From Eledone cirrhosa (taxonomy: Eukaryota), in contig OZ024743.1 in NCBI GenBank assembly GCA_964016885.1, positions 227,726,001 through 227,790,000 on the forward strand: a DNA stretch of 64,000 bases, given 5' to 3'. Under the pieces are notes generated by a model. The model was not told where the DNA came from. It made no database searches and was given only the letters and a program-made list of their open reading frames with translations. Numbering within the stretch: the first letter of the stretch is position 1; every line of letters starts with the position of its first letter. A program made the position numbers and the translations under genes. Positions 1 through 12,553 of the stretch are shown here, in pieces.

Positions 1-120
1 CTCAGTTCAAATCCTACCGAGGTTAACTTTGCCTTTCATCCTTACGGGGTCGATAAAATAAAGTACCAGTAATGCACTGGGTAATTGCTGGCCTTGTGCC
101 AAAAGTAGAAATAATTTTTA
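1..120 (+). mobile_element. tRNA-derived SINE (main family), 3' part cut by the window edge
   Basis: B-box GTTCAAATCC, central domain CCGAGGTTAACTTTGCCTTTCATCCTTACGGGGTCGATAAAATAAAGTACCAG and tail GGCCTTGTGCC..AGTAGAAA, as in about 20 other copies in the window. Confidence 0.85.
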
Positions 121-204
121 TTATTATTATTGTCGTTATTATGTTTTTTTTCGTGCAATGACCATACTCAATAACGAGGAGGCAGCCATCATCATGTATG
201 TACG

Positions 205-612
205 TATGTATGTATGTTCTTCTGGTTTTATAATTTCACAAATTTTTCCAAATAGAGAGAGTCGGTTTCTAACAGACACAAGACTCTCTCATTGGAATTT
301 ACACAACATCAACTAGGTAGATTTTGTATGCATGCCTGCATGCATGTGTAGATATGGGTGTTATTGCATGTGTGGATGTGGATGTTTCGAGTTGTATGTG
401 TGCATGTGTGCATGTGTATATGCTTTGTATCTGTACATGTGTATATGCAGTTATTAGATGCAAAATATTTGGAATGTTTTACATATTTTTACTGTTCCAT
501 TAATGGATTGTACTTGTAATTTCCTAACTAGTTGTGTTCTTTCTGTTCCTGTGAAGCCTAGCTTCTCAAGATTTGTATTGAGGCAGTTACTAACATACCC
601 CATTGCACTAAT
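205..612 (-). mobile_element. 3' fragment of an RLE-type non-LTR retrotransposon (R4/Dong-like), C-terminal coding remnant plus 3' UTR
   Basis: Minus strand 612-454 reads ISAMGYVSNCLNTNLEKLGFTGTERTQLVRKLQVQSINGTVKICKTFQIFCI*, resembling the GALG..LQ...GT.KI C-terminus of R4/Dong proteins; ends in a (TACA)n tract. Confidence 0.6.
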
Positions 613-835
613 GTATGTACATGTGTGTGTTTGTTAAATATAAGATTTGGCAAAGATTAATTGAAGCAAGTATTCAGCAGGATTTGAATTAAAAAGGAGG
701 AAAGGTTTCTAAAAGTATGAGCTGAGGGTGAGTTGTGTCCCCTACCATTGCATCATCACCCTTCCCCCACTGCCATTTCGATTTATATGTTCTTTTTCAA
801 TAAAGAAATGTTCACATATTACACAATTAAATAAA

Positions 836-836
836 T

Positions 837-921
<85 letters not shown>

Positions 922-1006
922 TGGTGGTGGTGGTGGTGGTGGTGGGGGTGGTAGTAGTAGTAGTAGTGGTGGGGTGGGGGGTTAGTAGTAGTAGTACTAC
1001 TACTAC

Positions 1007-1078
<72 letters not shown>

Positions 1079-1130
1079 CAACAGCAGAGCAGCATTAGCA
1101 GCAGTAGTAGCAGCAACAGCAGCAGCAGCA
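836..1130. repeat. (TAG)n/(GGT)n/(CAG)n compound microsatellite
   Basis: Visible directly; explains the poly-S/L/T/V ORFs. Confidence 0.95.
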
Positions 1131-1152
1131 ATATTAGTATTATTATTATTAT

Positions 1153-1347
1153 GCGCGGTGGATTGGCAGTATCGGTAGAGAGTCGGACGTCATGCTTTGC
1201 AGCAAAGAGTTACGGCCCTTTATGGTCTGAGTTCAAATCCCGCCGAGGTTGACTTTGCCTTTCATCCTTACGGGGTCGATAAAATAAAGTACCAGTAATG
1301 TACTGGGTAATTGCTGGCCTTGTGCCAAAAGTAGAAACAATTATTAT
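1153..1347 (+). mobile_element. Full-length tRNA-derived SINE, short variant
   Basis: A-box TGGCAGTATCGG (about 1164), B-box GAGTTCAAATCC (1229), central domain resembling the Deu/Nin SINE domain, (ATT)n tail. Confidence 0.9.
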
Positions 1348-1576
1348 GCGCGGTGGATTGGCAGTATCGGTTGAGGGTCGGACGCCATGCTTTGACGCAT
1401 AGAGTTACGGCCCTTGCCATTCTGATTTCAAATCCCACCGAGGTTAACTTTGTCTTTCATCCTTACGGGGGTCGATAAAATAATGTACCAGTTACGCACT
1501 GGGGTCGATTTAATCGACTTACCCCTCCCAAAAAATTGCTGGCCTTGTGCCTATATAAGAAACCATTATTATTATT
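1348..1576 (+). mobile_element. Full-length tRNA-derived SINE, long variant, head-to-tail with the previous copy
   Basis: Same head and core plus an extra segment of about 30 nt, GGGGTCGATTTAATCGACTTACCCC (hairpin), before the tail. Confidence 0.9.
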
Positions 1577-1729
1577 AGTAGTAGTAGTAGTAGTAGTAAC
1601 ATTTTTGTATTATGATAACGATAAATCTTGTATTAATGCCACTAATGTTTATGATGACGATCGTGATGATGTTGATGATAATGTCGATGTTGAGGACAAT
1701 GAGGATGATAATGATATTGATTTCTTTAT

Positions 1730-1776
<47 letters not shown>

Positions 1777-2165
1777 TATAATAATAATAATATCTCCAAA
1801 AAATTGCAGCAGCAACAGCAACAACATCACCAATATTAGGATTTGATAATGGTCTTTGTAAAGGTCTGAAGATTTACAAATCGTTGTTCATGTAGCTTTA
1901 TTTATTTTTTCCTCGAGATTTTATTTGTCTATTTTCCTTTCCTACGTCGTCGTCGTCGTCGTTGTTGTTCTTCTTGTTATTGTTCTATGTTCCATCTATA
2001 ATTTTTTATTCATTCTTTTAGCTTTCCAAAACCATTAACTGAGTAAAAATGGAAAGAAAAGATTTGAATGAATGAAAGTGAAAAAAAAAATTGAAGGAGT
2101 GCGTGAATCATTGTGTGTATTTATTTGTGAGTGTATGTTTATGTGCGTGTGGATTGTGTGTGTGG

Positions 2166-2292
<127 letters not shown>

Positions 2293-3256
2293 TTATATGT
2301 CTCTCTATCTCTCTGAATGTGTGTGTAAATGTATGTGTGTGTCTGTGGAAATATTTAATCAAAAATGTTCCGTAACTAAATACAGTAATATGTCTGCGTG
2401 AAAATGGTTTTTGCTATTGTTATCAAAACAATATTTCATTATTAGCACTTGCATTGTCTTCTGTTTGTTGTTTTATGTAATGTAATGTATGCTTCTTCGT
2501 TGTACTTGAGGCGAATAAAACAATATATGTTGCATTTTTTTAAAATTCCAGGTCAGATCCGATCGAATATTTCTATAGGCAAAGGAGTCCCAGCTGTGAC
2601 CAACCCGTTTCTTTTTTTCTTTTAGTATATTTGGGACTACATAAAAAATAAAATGGCGTCGAATTGGCAGAGCTGGCGGCAAATTGTTTGAGTCGTTAGA
2701 ATTTCGGATTAAATAATGCTCCTGCGGCATTTATTCCAACTTATTGTTCTCTGAGCTCAATTCTTGTCTATATTGGTTTTGCCTGTCTTCCTTTTGGAGT
2801 CAATGAATAAAGGCAAGGGTCGGTGAATTGGGAGAATCGAAGAGTTGCCCAAAATGACACTGGTTTTATCAAGCAAGAACTGACAAGGGGCAAAACAATA
2901 GTAACAAAAACAACAAAAACATCATAATTCGTCCTTTCTCCACCGCCTCAATATTTCTCCTCTCTTTTTCTCACTTCCCGTTGAAGTCTCAATTTTATAT
3001 CTTCCTCTTCCATTATACCTGTTATACCCAAGTTTTCTACATGCTCCGCTCTCTCTATATATATATCTTCTTCTTCTTCTTCTTCTTCTTCTTCTTCTTC
3101 TTCTTCTTCTTCTTCTTTTTTTTTTTTTTTTCTCTCTCTCACTCTCACGCACGCACATACAGACACATGATCTTTCCACTCCTATCTCACAAACACATTC
3201 TCTCTTCACTCGCACACTCACACTAAAATACACAATTTATTCACCATCTCTCACTC

Positions 3257-3303
<47 letters not shown>

Positions 3304-3696
3304 TTCTCTCTCTCTCTTTCTCTCTATCTTTCTCTCTCTTTATATCTATCTATCTATCTCCCCCCCCCCCACACACACACACATGAAATCTGCCCATACT
3401 TTTTCTCACACACATGCAATCTCTTCTCTCTCACATATAATCTCTCCTATCTCTCTCACATACACAAACTCTTGACTATAACTCTCAATCTCCCTGTCAC
3501 TATCTCTGACTGGTTTTGTTTTCTTTACTCTCCCCTCCTCTCTCTCTCTCTCTCTCTCTCTCTAATTCTCTGTCTATCTCTCAATCTCTCATCTCAGTCA
3601 TTCTCTAACTCGCTCCGTTACTGTCTTCCATTTCACAAAACTATATTTTATCTTGCCATCTTTCTTCTATGTAATCTCTAAAACACACTCACTTAC

Positions 3697-4378
<682 letters not shown>

Positions 4379-4699
4379 AACATATTTAGTTGTTTCACGC
4401 GTTTTAAACATTATTCCATAAAATAAAGACAAGATTCAGAATGAATTTGATTTTAAAGCTGATTAAAAATATTTGTTGTTTCACCCTCACATGCACGCAT
4501 ACATAGATGCATACACAGATGCATGCATGCATACATACCTGCATACTTACATTCATACCTGCAATCAAACACACCCACACACACACACACACACACACAA
4601 AGACACACACATACACACACACGCGCACGTGCGCGCACACACACACATACACACACACATATATATATATCTATATATATACATATATAGATCGACAGC

Positions 4700-5007
4700 A
4701 TCAACAGTTTTCAAAGAGATGACAACATGAATGGACCTGTTATTTTTCTCTAAAAATTTGTTTCTGATTCCACCCTGCTCGTCCCCTCAATCTTTTCTCA
4801 TCCTTTCTTCTGATGAAGGTCTAGCTTCCGAAACGTTAAGACCTTCTTCCTGCTATTTCAAACGGTAAACAAATATATATGTATATATATATATGTGTGT
4901 ATGTAAAAGGTAAACAGAAATAACAACATAAACGGTACAGTATATGAAATGAGTATATTTGTTTACCGTTTGAAATAGCAGGAAGAAGGTCTTAACGTTT
5001 CGGAAGC

Positions 5008-5009
<2 letters not shown>
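4700..5009. mobile_element. Penelope-like pseudo-LTR fragments in inverted arrangement (family A)
   Basis: About 4824-4877 is the reverse complement of about 4954-5008; flanked by (TA)n; contains a hammerhead; related 3' tail at about 49333-49390. Confidence 0.7.
4806..4841 (+). ncRNA. Minimal type I hammerhead ribozyme motif
   Basis: TCTT-CTGATGA-AGGTCTAGCTTCC-GAAAC-GTT-AAGA: stem I TCTT/AAGA, short GG/CC stem II, palindromic ACGT stem III, GUU site. Confidence 0.7.
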
Positions 5010-5049
<40 letters not shown>

Positions 5050-5077
5050 TATATGTGTGTGTGTGTGTGTGTATGTA

Positions 5078-5133
5078 ACAGATTTAGCCGTCGAAACGGC
5101 TTGAGCTCAGCCGTCGGGGTCCTACTCGTTCCT
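5078..5133 (+). mobile_element. Family B fragment (3' half of hammerhead)
   Basis: GAAAC-GGCT-TGAGCTC-AGCC-GTC-GGGGT, matching the copies at 21.6, 58.9 and 59.2 kb. Confidence 0.7.
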
Positions 5134-5359
5134 ATATACATATATATATATTGTTGCCTGACTCTGTGGTTGTAATCACTAAAGAAAGAGCCCTCAATAT
5201 TTAATCATAGAAGTAAATATACTATATATTTTTTTTTAATATGACTTTATGACAAACGTAGTAACGCCAGTTTGCTTCGGGGAAATCGGTGTGCCTAGGA
5301 AGGTATACATCAGAACGCTATAATTTTCATACAATATTATATATAGAGAGATAGATATA

Positions 5360-7645
5360 TTTCTGTATTAGCCACAGGGGCACAAAAGAAGGGGACAAAT
5401 ACAAAGGGGGAAGTTTACATACAATAAAAACGTGTAAAATGTTATCACAAATGGAATTTAAAAAGTTAGTCGATTTTCCCCAATAGAGGGAGACAGTTTA
5501 TATGGGTAACACATACCCCCGAAAAAAGATGTGCAATCCTCATCCCCAGGAGTACGAAGAGTTTGTACTCCTTTCCTCTCCTCCTCCTTTTCCTCAACCT
5601 ACAGGCTTATATAGAGAGAAGGCCCATTCACTCGGGCCATTCTCGCCACTTTCACCCACCTTTCATAAAACTTGCTGGGGTACAGCACCTCTCTCTCCAT
5701 CCTGATTCTTCTTCCAAAGTGGTATTTGAAAAAAAGAATCAGTTGTTGGCCGGAGAGAAAGGTGTCTGACCTCAGCCCTTTCAACCTTGTCCACCATACA
5801 ACCTCTTTCGCCATAGCTATCACACAAAGGAAAACCGCCTCTCCTTCGTTTTTGAAGGAGGGTGGCGGTTTGATCATGACAATGGACTCGGTGGTCAACC
5901 GGATTGGTCCCACCCGCGCAATAGTCGTTTTACATAGCCCCACAGGTCAGTGACGCCCGGACAGTGTATGAATGCGTGCGCAACGGTTTCTTCGTCTCGC
6001 ACGCACCTCGGACAGATCTTTTTTGCAGGGTCCCTGCCCGGGCGCCCATGTCTGTAGAGCTTGTCTCGAGCTGGTAGAGCTCCTCGGTAGCACTGCCAGG
6101 CCAGGGACTTTTGGAAGTTGTCCATCGGTCTCGGGCGGAAGGTCCTACCGAACAGACTGGCCAGTTCATCTTCCTCTACGCCTAGAGTTTCACCGAGCGC
6201 GTCGTCGCACTTGCTGCGGATCAACCCTCTATAGAATGACGAAGTGGAATCTCCACTGATCGCCGGGTCCGCCTGCCAGAGGGCTGTGAGAGCCTGAGCA
6301 CATTCGATGTGCTAGTCGCCCATTTTCCTCGGTCTTTGCTTGACCCAGGACTGCAGCTCGGTCAGCGAAACGAGTCGTGGGAAGGGTCGGCTCACGAACG
6401 GGGCCCACACCGGTTGTCCGGTGAGGAATACGTAGAGATGCCGCAGCCTGAGCGCGTGTTTGCGCATCGTCAACCACGGCATCCCCAGCCCTCCGTTAGA
6501 AGGGTGTTGGCAGCAGATGGATCTTCTCACCAAAGGAGCCCGCCTCTTCCAAAGGAATTGGAAGAGCGCGCGCTCCATTTTGGCGAGCGTTTTGGCTGGA
6601 CAAGGCACGACGGTCAAGCGGTAGTAGATGGCGGACGCTATAAAAGTGTTCGCCACCTCCGCTCGACCTTTCAAGGATAGTTTGCACTCGGCCCACTTCT
6701 GGGTGAGTGCAAACACCTTGGCCGTCACTTCGTTCCAGTTCTTCTCCACCTGGAGGTCCGGACCAAACCAGACCCCGAGCAGTTTTACCGGTCCTTCCAT
6801 CCAGCGTCCGACGACACCATCGGAAGGCATCGGTTTGCCTCTCCACGATCCGAGTTGCAAACCGATGGACTTGTCCCGTTTCAGCTTCGCTCCTGTGAAA
6901 CTTTCGTATTCCTTCAGTAAGGTGCCGGCTTCCTCGATTTGTGAGGCGCTCGACACCATTACTGTCACGTCGTCGGCGTAGGCCGACGCCGGTTTCCGCA
7001 GTCCCGGTTCCAGAGGGATGCCCTGCAATAGCTCCAACTTCCGCAGTAGTGGCTCGAGAGTCAGTACGTACAGAAGGGAGGAGAGAGGGCATCCCTGTCG
7101 AATGGATCGCGTAATATGGAACGGCTCCGAGAGGTAGCCGTTCACCTTGACCCTTGAGCAGATGTTGCTGTTGTGCATTGCAGCAATCCAGCCCCTGAAC
7201 ACGGGTCCGAAGCCTGCCGCCTCGAGCACCGCATCCAGGTAACGATGGTCAACCCTATCGAAAGCCTTAGACTGATCGAAGTTGATCAGGGCCCCACCGA
7301 AGCCGGGTTTACACCCTACCCTCTCTATGATGTATCGCATGAGGTGGAGGTTGTCTTGTATGGACCTGGTCGGGATTGCGCATGTCTGCGCTTCTCCCAC
7401 CAGGTTCTCGACGACAAGCGCCAGCCTCTTTGCCAACACCTTGGCCAAAATCTGTAACTCTGTGTTTAGCAGAGTTATGAGTCGGAAGTTCCTATCTCAT
7501 CCCCCTTATTCTCGTCCTTCCTGACTAATGTGACCACGCCCCCGGTTACAGAACTGGGAATTCTCCCGTTCTGTTGCCAGTTGCAGTAGACCGCTTCCAG
7601 GAGACCGGAGAATAAGTCCGGCATTGCTACATAAAATTCGTAGGG

Positions 7646-7647
<2 letters not shown>
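5360..7647 (-). pseudogene. 5'-truncated, frameshifted L1/Tx1-clade LINE copy (RT, C-terminal Cys/His region, 3' UTR)
   Basis: ORFs 6312-7448 (DQSKAFDRVDH, QGCPLS, YADD), 5895-6224 (CPRC..ETVAH..C) and 5599-5943 align piecewise with the intact ORF at 60461-63898; the 3' UTR matches 60245-60460. Confidence 0.92.

Positions 7648-7734
<87 letters not shown>
7647..7734. repeat. (AGAT)n microsatellite at the LINE 5' junction
   Basis: About 22 perfect AGAT units. Confidence 0.95.
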
Positions 7735-7735
<1 letters not shown>

Positions 7736-8436
7736 TTCATATTTCTGAAGGCTAAAAATTAGTCTCGTTATTTGGAGTCTTCTGAAATCATCCAAAACAA
7801 GGGAGATAACTAATCTCCTTTCAGACGATCAAAGATTTTGATAATATATGCAATCCAAATTGTTGATCTGGTATTTTAAAGACAAATGGTGGACGCAACA
7901 CACATCTTTCGGTTCTATTGACCGTCCTCGTCGACACTCTTGAATAATTATCATATAGCGCAAGGAAAATGACTGAATGGAGCCTTCTTCATACAACATA
8001 CACGTACGGTATGGTCACGCGTAATACAATCAATTGAAAAACTTATCAACTGATATTATCCAGGCAACTATTTGGCAAACCTTCCTTCAGCAATTGTACA
8101 AGGTATAAAGCCAGTAGAGATGAAAGCAAATGATATGATTCTAACTTATTGGAACTACTTAGAAAAGTATGTAATAATGATGCTGTCATATAACCAGATA
8201 TCGGAAGCATATATATTTTTAAAACGACTGAAAACTGATGGTGCACATGAGATTAATCTGGTACGTTTAGACGGATACCTTCATGCAACTCTGAGTGTCA
8301 ACGTATTTATATGCTTAGTTGCCACGTAACTTAAGTAATGTAGAAGACACCAAATTTACATATTGACAGTCCATTGTTTAGAAGCCACAATTCACACTCA
8401 AAGATTGTGATTTATATATAAATATATATATATATA

Positions 8437-8717
8437 GGAAAAGAGTCAGGACCCCGACGTCTGAACTACGGCCGTTTCGACAGCTAGATCCGAACTAACC
8501 CAGCAGTATTAGGACGGCAGGGACCTAGCTGAACTTATGAAGGGGTACAATCCATATATGGTCATGGAGTCAAAACAAAAAAAGCAAAAGTATCAAATCA
8601 AACAATCCTAAACGTTTGTTGTTTTCCTTGTCACGGGGAGTGGTAAATGATTTGGGGATGTCATGTACATGGTTAAATTCCTTCATAGCGGCGGGAAGGG
8701 GGCTGAACTGGCCTGTA
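8437..8717 (-). mobile_element. Family B element, longer non-palindromic copy
   Basis: Homologous to the family B arms; bounded by (TA)n on both sides. Confidence 0.65.
8451..8546 (-). ncRNA. Degenerate type I hammerhead with long stem II (family B)
   Basis: Minus strand: ACCCC-[TTCATAA, decayed CTGATGA]-GTT-CAGCTAGGTCC..GGATCTAGCTG-TC-GAAAC..GTC-GGGGT; 11-bp stem II (one G-U) and 5-bp stem I. Confidence 0.55.
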
Positions 8718-8725
8718 TATATATA

Positions 8726-9393
8726 TGTTGCTCGCACCAACCTGAGGTATATGGTTTTTGATGCCACGAGGTATCAATGATGGTTGGCAGATCGCTGGCG
8801 AAGGACTAATTTTATCATATGTAACCCATGTGCAAACACGCAGTATTCTTCTTTCTTCTCATGTTTTTTATACATATTTACCTCGGCTGCGTTTGTCTGT
8901 TTCTCTCTTACTGCTTCCCCGTTCTCTCTGTTGCTCTCACCTTCTTTCGCCCCCTCTGTCAGTTACACTTTCTCTCGACTGACCTCTTCCTCGCACTTCC
9001 ACTCACTCACTCTCTGCTTCTCCCCTTCTCACTTCCTCCCATTTGGCTAATAGTGGGTTCTCTTCTTGCTCACATCTCACTCGCGTTTGGACGGTCTGTA
9101 TCTTGATCGCTCATGAAATCCACCCAGCTTATGCTGACCGGATAACCATGTTGCTTGTTTATTCCCATCTTTGCGTTGCTTTCATCCTTCTATGTTGTTT
9201 ACTTGTCTCACTCGCTTTACGCGATTTGCTTGTCCCAATAGCTTTTTTTAGTTGTTGCTCGCACCAACCTGAGGTATATGGTTTTTGATGCGACGAGGTA
9301 TCAATGATGGTTGGCAGATCGCTGGCGAAGGACTAATTTTATCATATGTAACCCATGTGCAACCACGCAATATTCTTCTTTCTTCTCATGTTT

Positions 9394-9403
<10 letters not shown>
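8726..9403 (+). mobile_element. Non-coding element with direct terminal repeats of about 150 bp (family D; pLTR- or TRIM-like)
   Basis: 8726-8874 recurs at 9253-9403 with few mismatches (period 527); flanked by (TA)n. Confidence 0.7.
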
Positions 9404-9484
<81 letters not shown>

Positions 9485-9529
9485 GTATGAATATATATAT
9501 ATATGTATGTGTATATATATATATATATG

Positions 9530-9589
<60 letters not shown>

Positions 9590-9593
<4 letters not shown>

Positions 9594-11225
9594 GGAAAAA
9601 TTTGAACAGGGACAAAACAGAGAGGCAGTACAACGAATGTTTATTAATTTCACGCTCTGGAGAGTGGGGTGTAGGTGGGGGACGACGTTTCGGGCATAAG
9701 CCCTTCCTCAGGTGAGAAGTGTGTGGGAACAGAGTTCAAAGGGTGTGTAGGGGAGTGGTGGAGAGACATATAGCGAAAGGAAACGGTGCGAATGAAAAAA
9801 TAACAAGTAAAGATAAAAATAAAAATAAAAATAAAGCATGATCAAAATACAAGGAATGAGATAAATTTAAAAATAAAGGCATGATCAAAATAAACTGAAA
9901 TTAAAAGGGGGGTAAACAGGTGGTGGAAGGGTGTGGGGTGTGTAGGGGTTGTGGCGGGTGGAGTGGGGAGAGGGAGACGGGGTGTCCGAGCGGGGAGGGC
10001 TGAAGGTGGTGTGTGTGTGTAGGTGTGCGTGTGTGTGTGTGTGTGTGTATGTGAAAGTAAGGGTTGGGGGAAGAACGGGGTTGCATGTTCAGGAAGAGGT
10101 GTGTGTGGGGGGGGGTCGGAGTGTCTGTGCGTGTGTGGATAGAGGGGTGGGGGAGAGGAATCAGGAGGCTGAGGGTGTAAATATGTGGTGGAAAGCACGT
10201 GTGTGTGGGGTTTAAGCGTGTTGTGGGTTTGGGTGGCGTGTGGAGAAAAAAAATTTTTTTGGGTGTGTGTGTGTGGGTGAGTTATATAGGTGATTACGTA
10301 AGAGGATGGTTGAAAAGTTGGTAAATTCCAAAGATGTTTAGTGGATTGGTTGTAGGTGAATTTATGCGTGTGGGTAATCCATGAAGCGGTGGTCGGAAGA
10401 GGAGAGATGTGGGGTGCGCGCGCAACAGGAAGTGGTCAGCAGTGGGACTGCTGTGGTCTGTTAGTACTGGGAGGTGGTCAGAGGGCATAGCAGCAGTCGG
10501 TGGAATGGTAAGGGGGCGAGGATGGGTAGGTGTGAAAGTTGGGGTGAGGAGGGTGTGTGTGTGTGTGTGTGTATTAGTAGGGGTGTTAGTGGGATGTCTG
10601 AGTGTGGAGCGAGGGTGTGGGTGGAGCGGGGAGAGAAGGGTGTGTGTGGTTCTATGGAGGGAGTGTGGTGTACTGGTGTGTGTGTAGTTTGATGAAGAGG
10701 TGTTAGTGGGTGTTAGTATACGGGAGGTGGGGAGGGGTTGAATGCAGGTGTGAGTGGGGCTTAGTGGTGGTAGAGTGTGTAGAGTTGGTGGTGTACGAGG
10801 GTGTGTGGGTACGTGTGCGTGGGGTTGGGGGTGTTAATGATGTTAGTTGCGTGTGGGGTGGGTGGTGTAAGTGGGTGCGTGTGTTCGTGTGCTTGTGGTT
10901 AGGGGGTATTAGTGAGGTTAGTTGCGGGGTGGTGGGATGGAGGTGTGGGGGTGAGGGTTAGTGGTGGTAGTAGGGTGTGTGTTTAGTGTGAGCGCGTGTA
11001 TATATGTGCCGGTGGGTGTGTGCGTGTGATAAGGAGGGGGGAGGAGGAGAAGGGGGAGGGAAGGGATGTTAGTATGTTAGTTGGGGAAGGGTGGTCAGAT
11101 GAGGGGTGGAGTGGAGGTGTTAGTATTGTTAGTTGTGGGGTGGGCGGTGAAAAGGAGGGGTGTGTTAGTGGTGTTAGTGGGGGATAAGTGTGGAGGGAGG
11201 GGGGCGGTCGATGTTAAGGAATAAG
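9590..11225 (-). mobile_element. Degenerate Penelope-like element (hammerhead-bearing 3' pLTR, possible GIY-YIG C-terminal remnant, CA-rich body)
   Basis: Hammerhead at 9682-9713, AATAAA and T-rich tail ending in (TA)n; ORF 10294-10488 has a ..PTADHF..NPLNI remnant resembling PLE endonuclease ends. Confidence 0.55.
9682..9713 (-). ncRNA. Minimal type I hammerhead ribozyme motif
   Basis: AC-CTGAGGA-A-GGGC-TTAT-GCCC-GAAAC-GTC-GT; typical PLE-type minimal hammerhead with a GUC site (short stem I). Confidence 0.8.
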
Positions 11226-11374
11226 GAATATATATGTGTGTGTGTGTACATACATGTATATGCATACATACATACATATATATATATATATACGTTATTC
11301 CGGGTTGAATCGGAGGTAACCACAGTAAGTAAGGTACTCAATACATAGCAGAGTATAAAAGTTTTAATATAGAT

Positions 11375-11427
11375 GAGATTCTACAGGACTAGAACTGTTT
11401 CATTCATTAGAAATCATCAGGAATCTC
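11375..11427 (-). ncRNA. Type I hammerhead ribozyme motif (family C, minus arm)
   Basis: Exact inverse of 11429-11481. Confidence 0.8.
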
Positions 11428-11428
11428 T

Positions 11429-11481
11429 GAGATTCCTGATGATTTCTAATGAATGAAACAGTTCTAGTCCTGTAGAATCTC
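11429..11481 (+). ncRNA. Type I hammerhead ribozyme motif (family C, plus arm)
   Basis: GAGATTC-CTGATGA-T-TTC-TAAT-GAA-T-GAAACAG-TTCTAGTC-CTGTA-GAATCTC: 7-bp stem I, ACAG/CTGT stem III, GUA site (cut after 11474). Confidence 0.82.
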
Positions 11482-11482
11482 A

Positions 11483-11529
<47 letters not shown>

Positions 11530-11545
11530 GCATATACATGTATGT

Positions 11546-11593
<48 letters not shown>

Positions 11594-12050
11594 GGATACA
11601 AGCAAATATATACAAATAGAAAGAGAGAGAGAGAGAGGGAGAGAGAGAGAGAGAGAGGGGGGGGACTCGACTTCTAGAACTTTCGAATGGCCGAGGAAGT
11701 AAATTTATATGAGGGAGTAGGATACTCAGACGCAGAAAATACATGCAATCATTAGAGAAATGACTTCTACAGAATTTGAACCACTACATTCGTTTTAAAT
11801 TTCAAACGAACGAAACAGTGCAGGTCATAGCGAAGTCATTTCTGCATAAATATGTATCTTCCGTACAATTTATTGAGTATCTTATCTAACAGTGGTTTTT
11901 TCCTGATCCCCTTCCGAAGATCATTTTTTTAATTATATATTATATATAGCTGTAGTAAATAACGTAAATATCTGATGAACAATCGATAGTTTTTATGTAA
12001 CTCAGTACCATCTGTCTCGAAAAATAACGTCTGTTCTACTGTTTATACTC

Positions 12051-12197
<147 letters not shown>

Positions 12198-12210
12198 CGT
12201 ATATATATAT

Positions 12211-12553
12211 ATAATTGTTTCTACTTTAGGCACAAGACCAGCAATTACCCAGAACATTACTGGTACTTTATTTTATCGACCCCGTAAGGATGAAAGGCAA
12301 AGTTAACCTCGGCGGGATTTGAACTCACACTGTAAAGGGACGTAACTATGCTAGAAAGCGTATATATATATATAATTGTTTCTACTTTAGGCACAAGGCC
12401 AGCAATCACCCAGTGCATTACTGGTACTTTATTTTATCGACCCCGTAAGGATGAAAGGCAAAGTCAACCTCGGCGGGATTTGAACTCAGATCATAAAGGG
12501 ATGTAACTATGCTGGAAAGCATGGCGTCCGACCCTCTACCGATACTCCCAATC
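12211..12553 (-). mobile_element. Two tandem copies of the main SINE (12211-12359, 12372-12553)
   Basis: Reverse complement of the SINE core and tail. Confidence 0.9.

Larger units (their letters stand above)
11293..11488 (-). mobile_element. Family C element with fold-back palindrome centred on 11428
   Basis: 11368-11427 is the reverse complement of 11429-11488; homologues at 39420-39614 and 57075-57258. Confidence 0.8.

Noticed and set aside
1164-1240. tRNA gene suggested by A and B boxes
   Set aside because: Box spacing is too long, no cloverleaf is evident, and it is always linked to the SINE core
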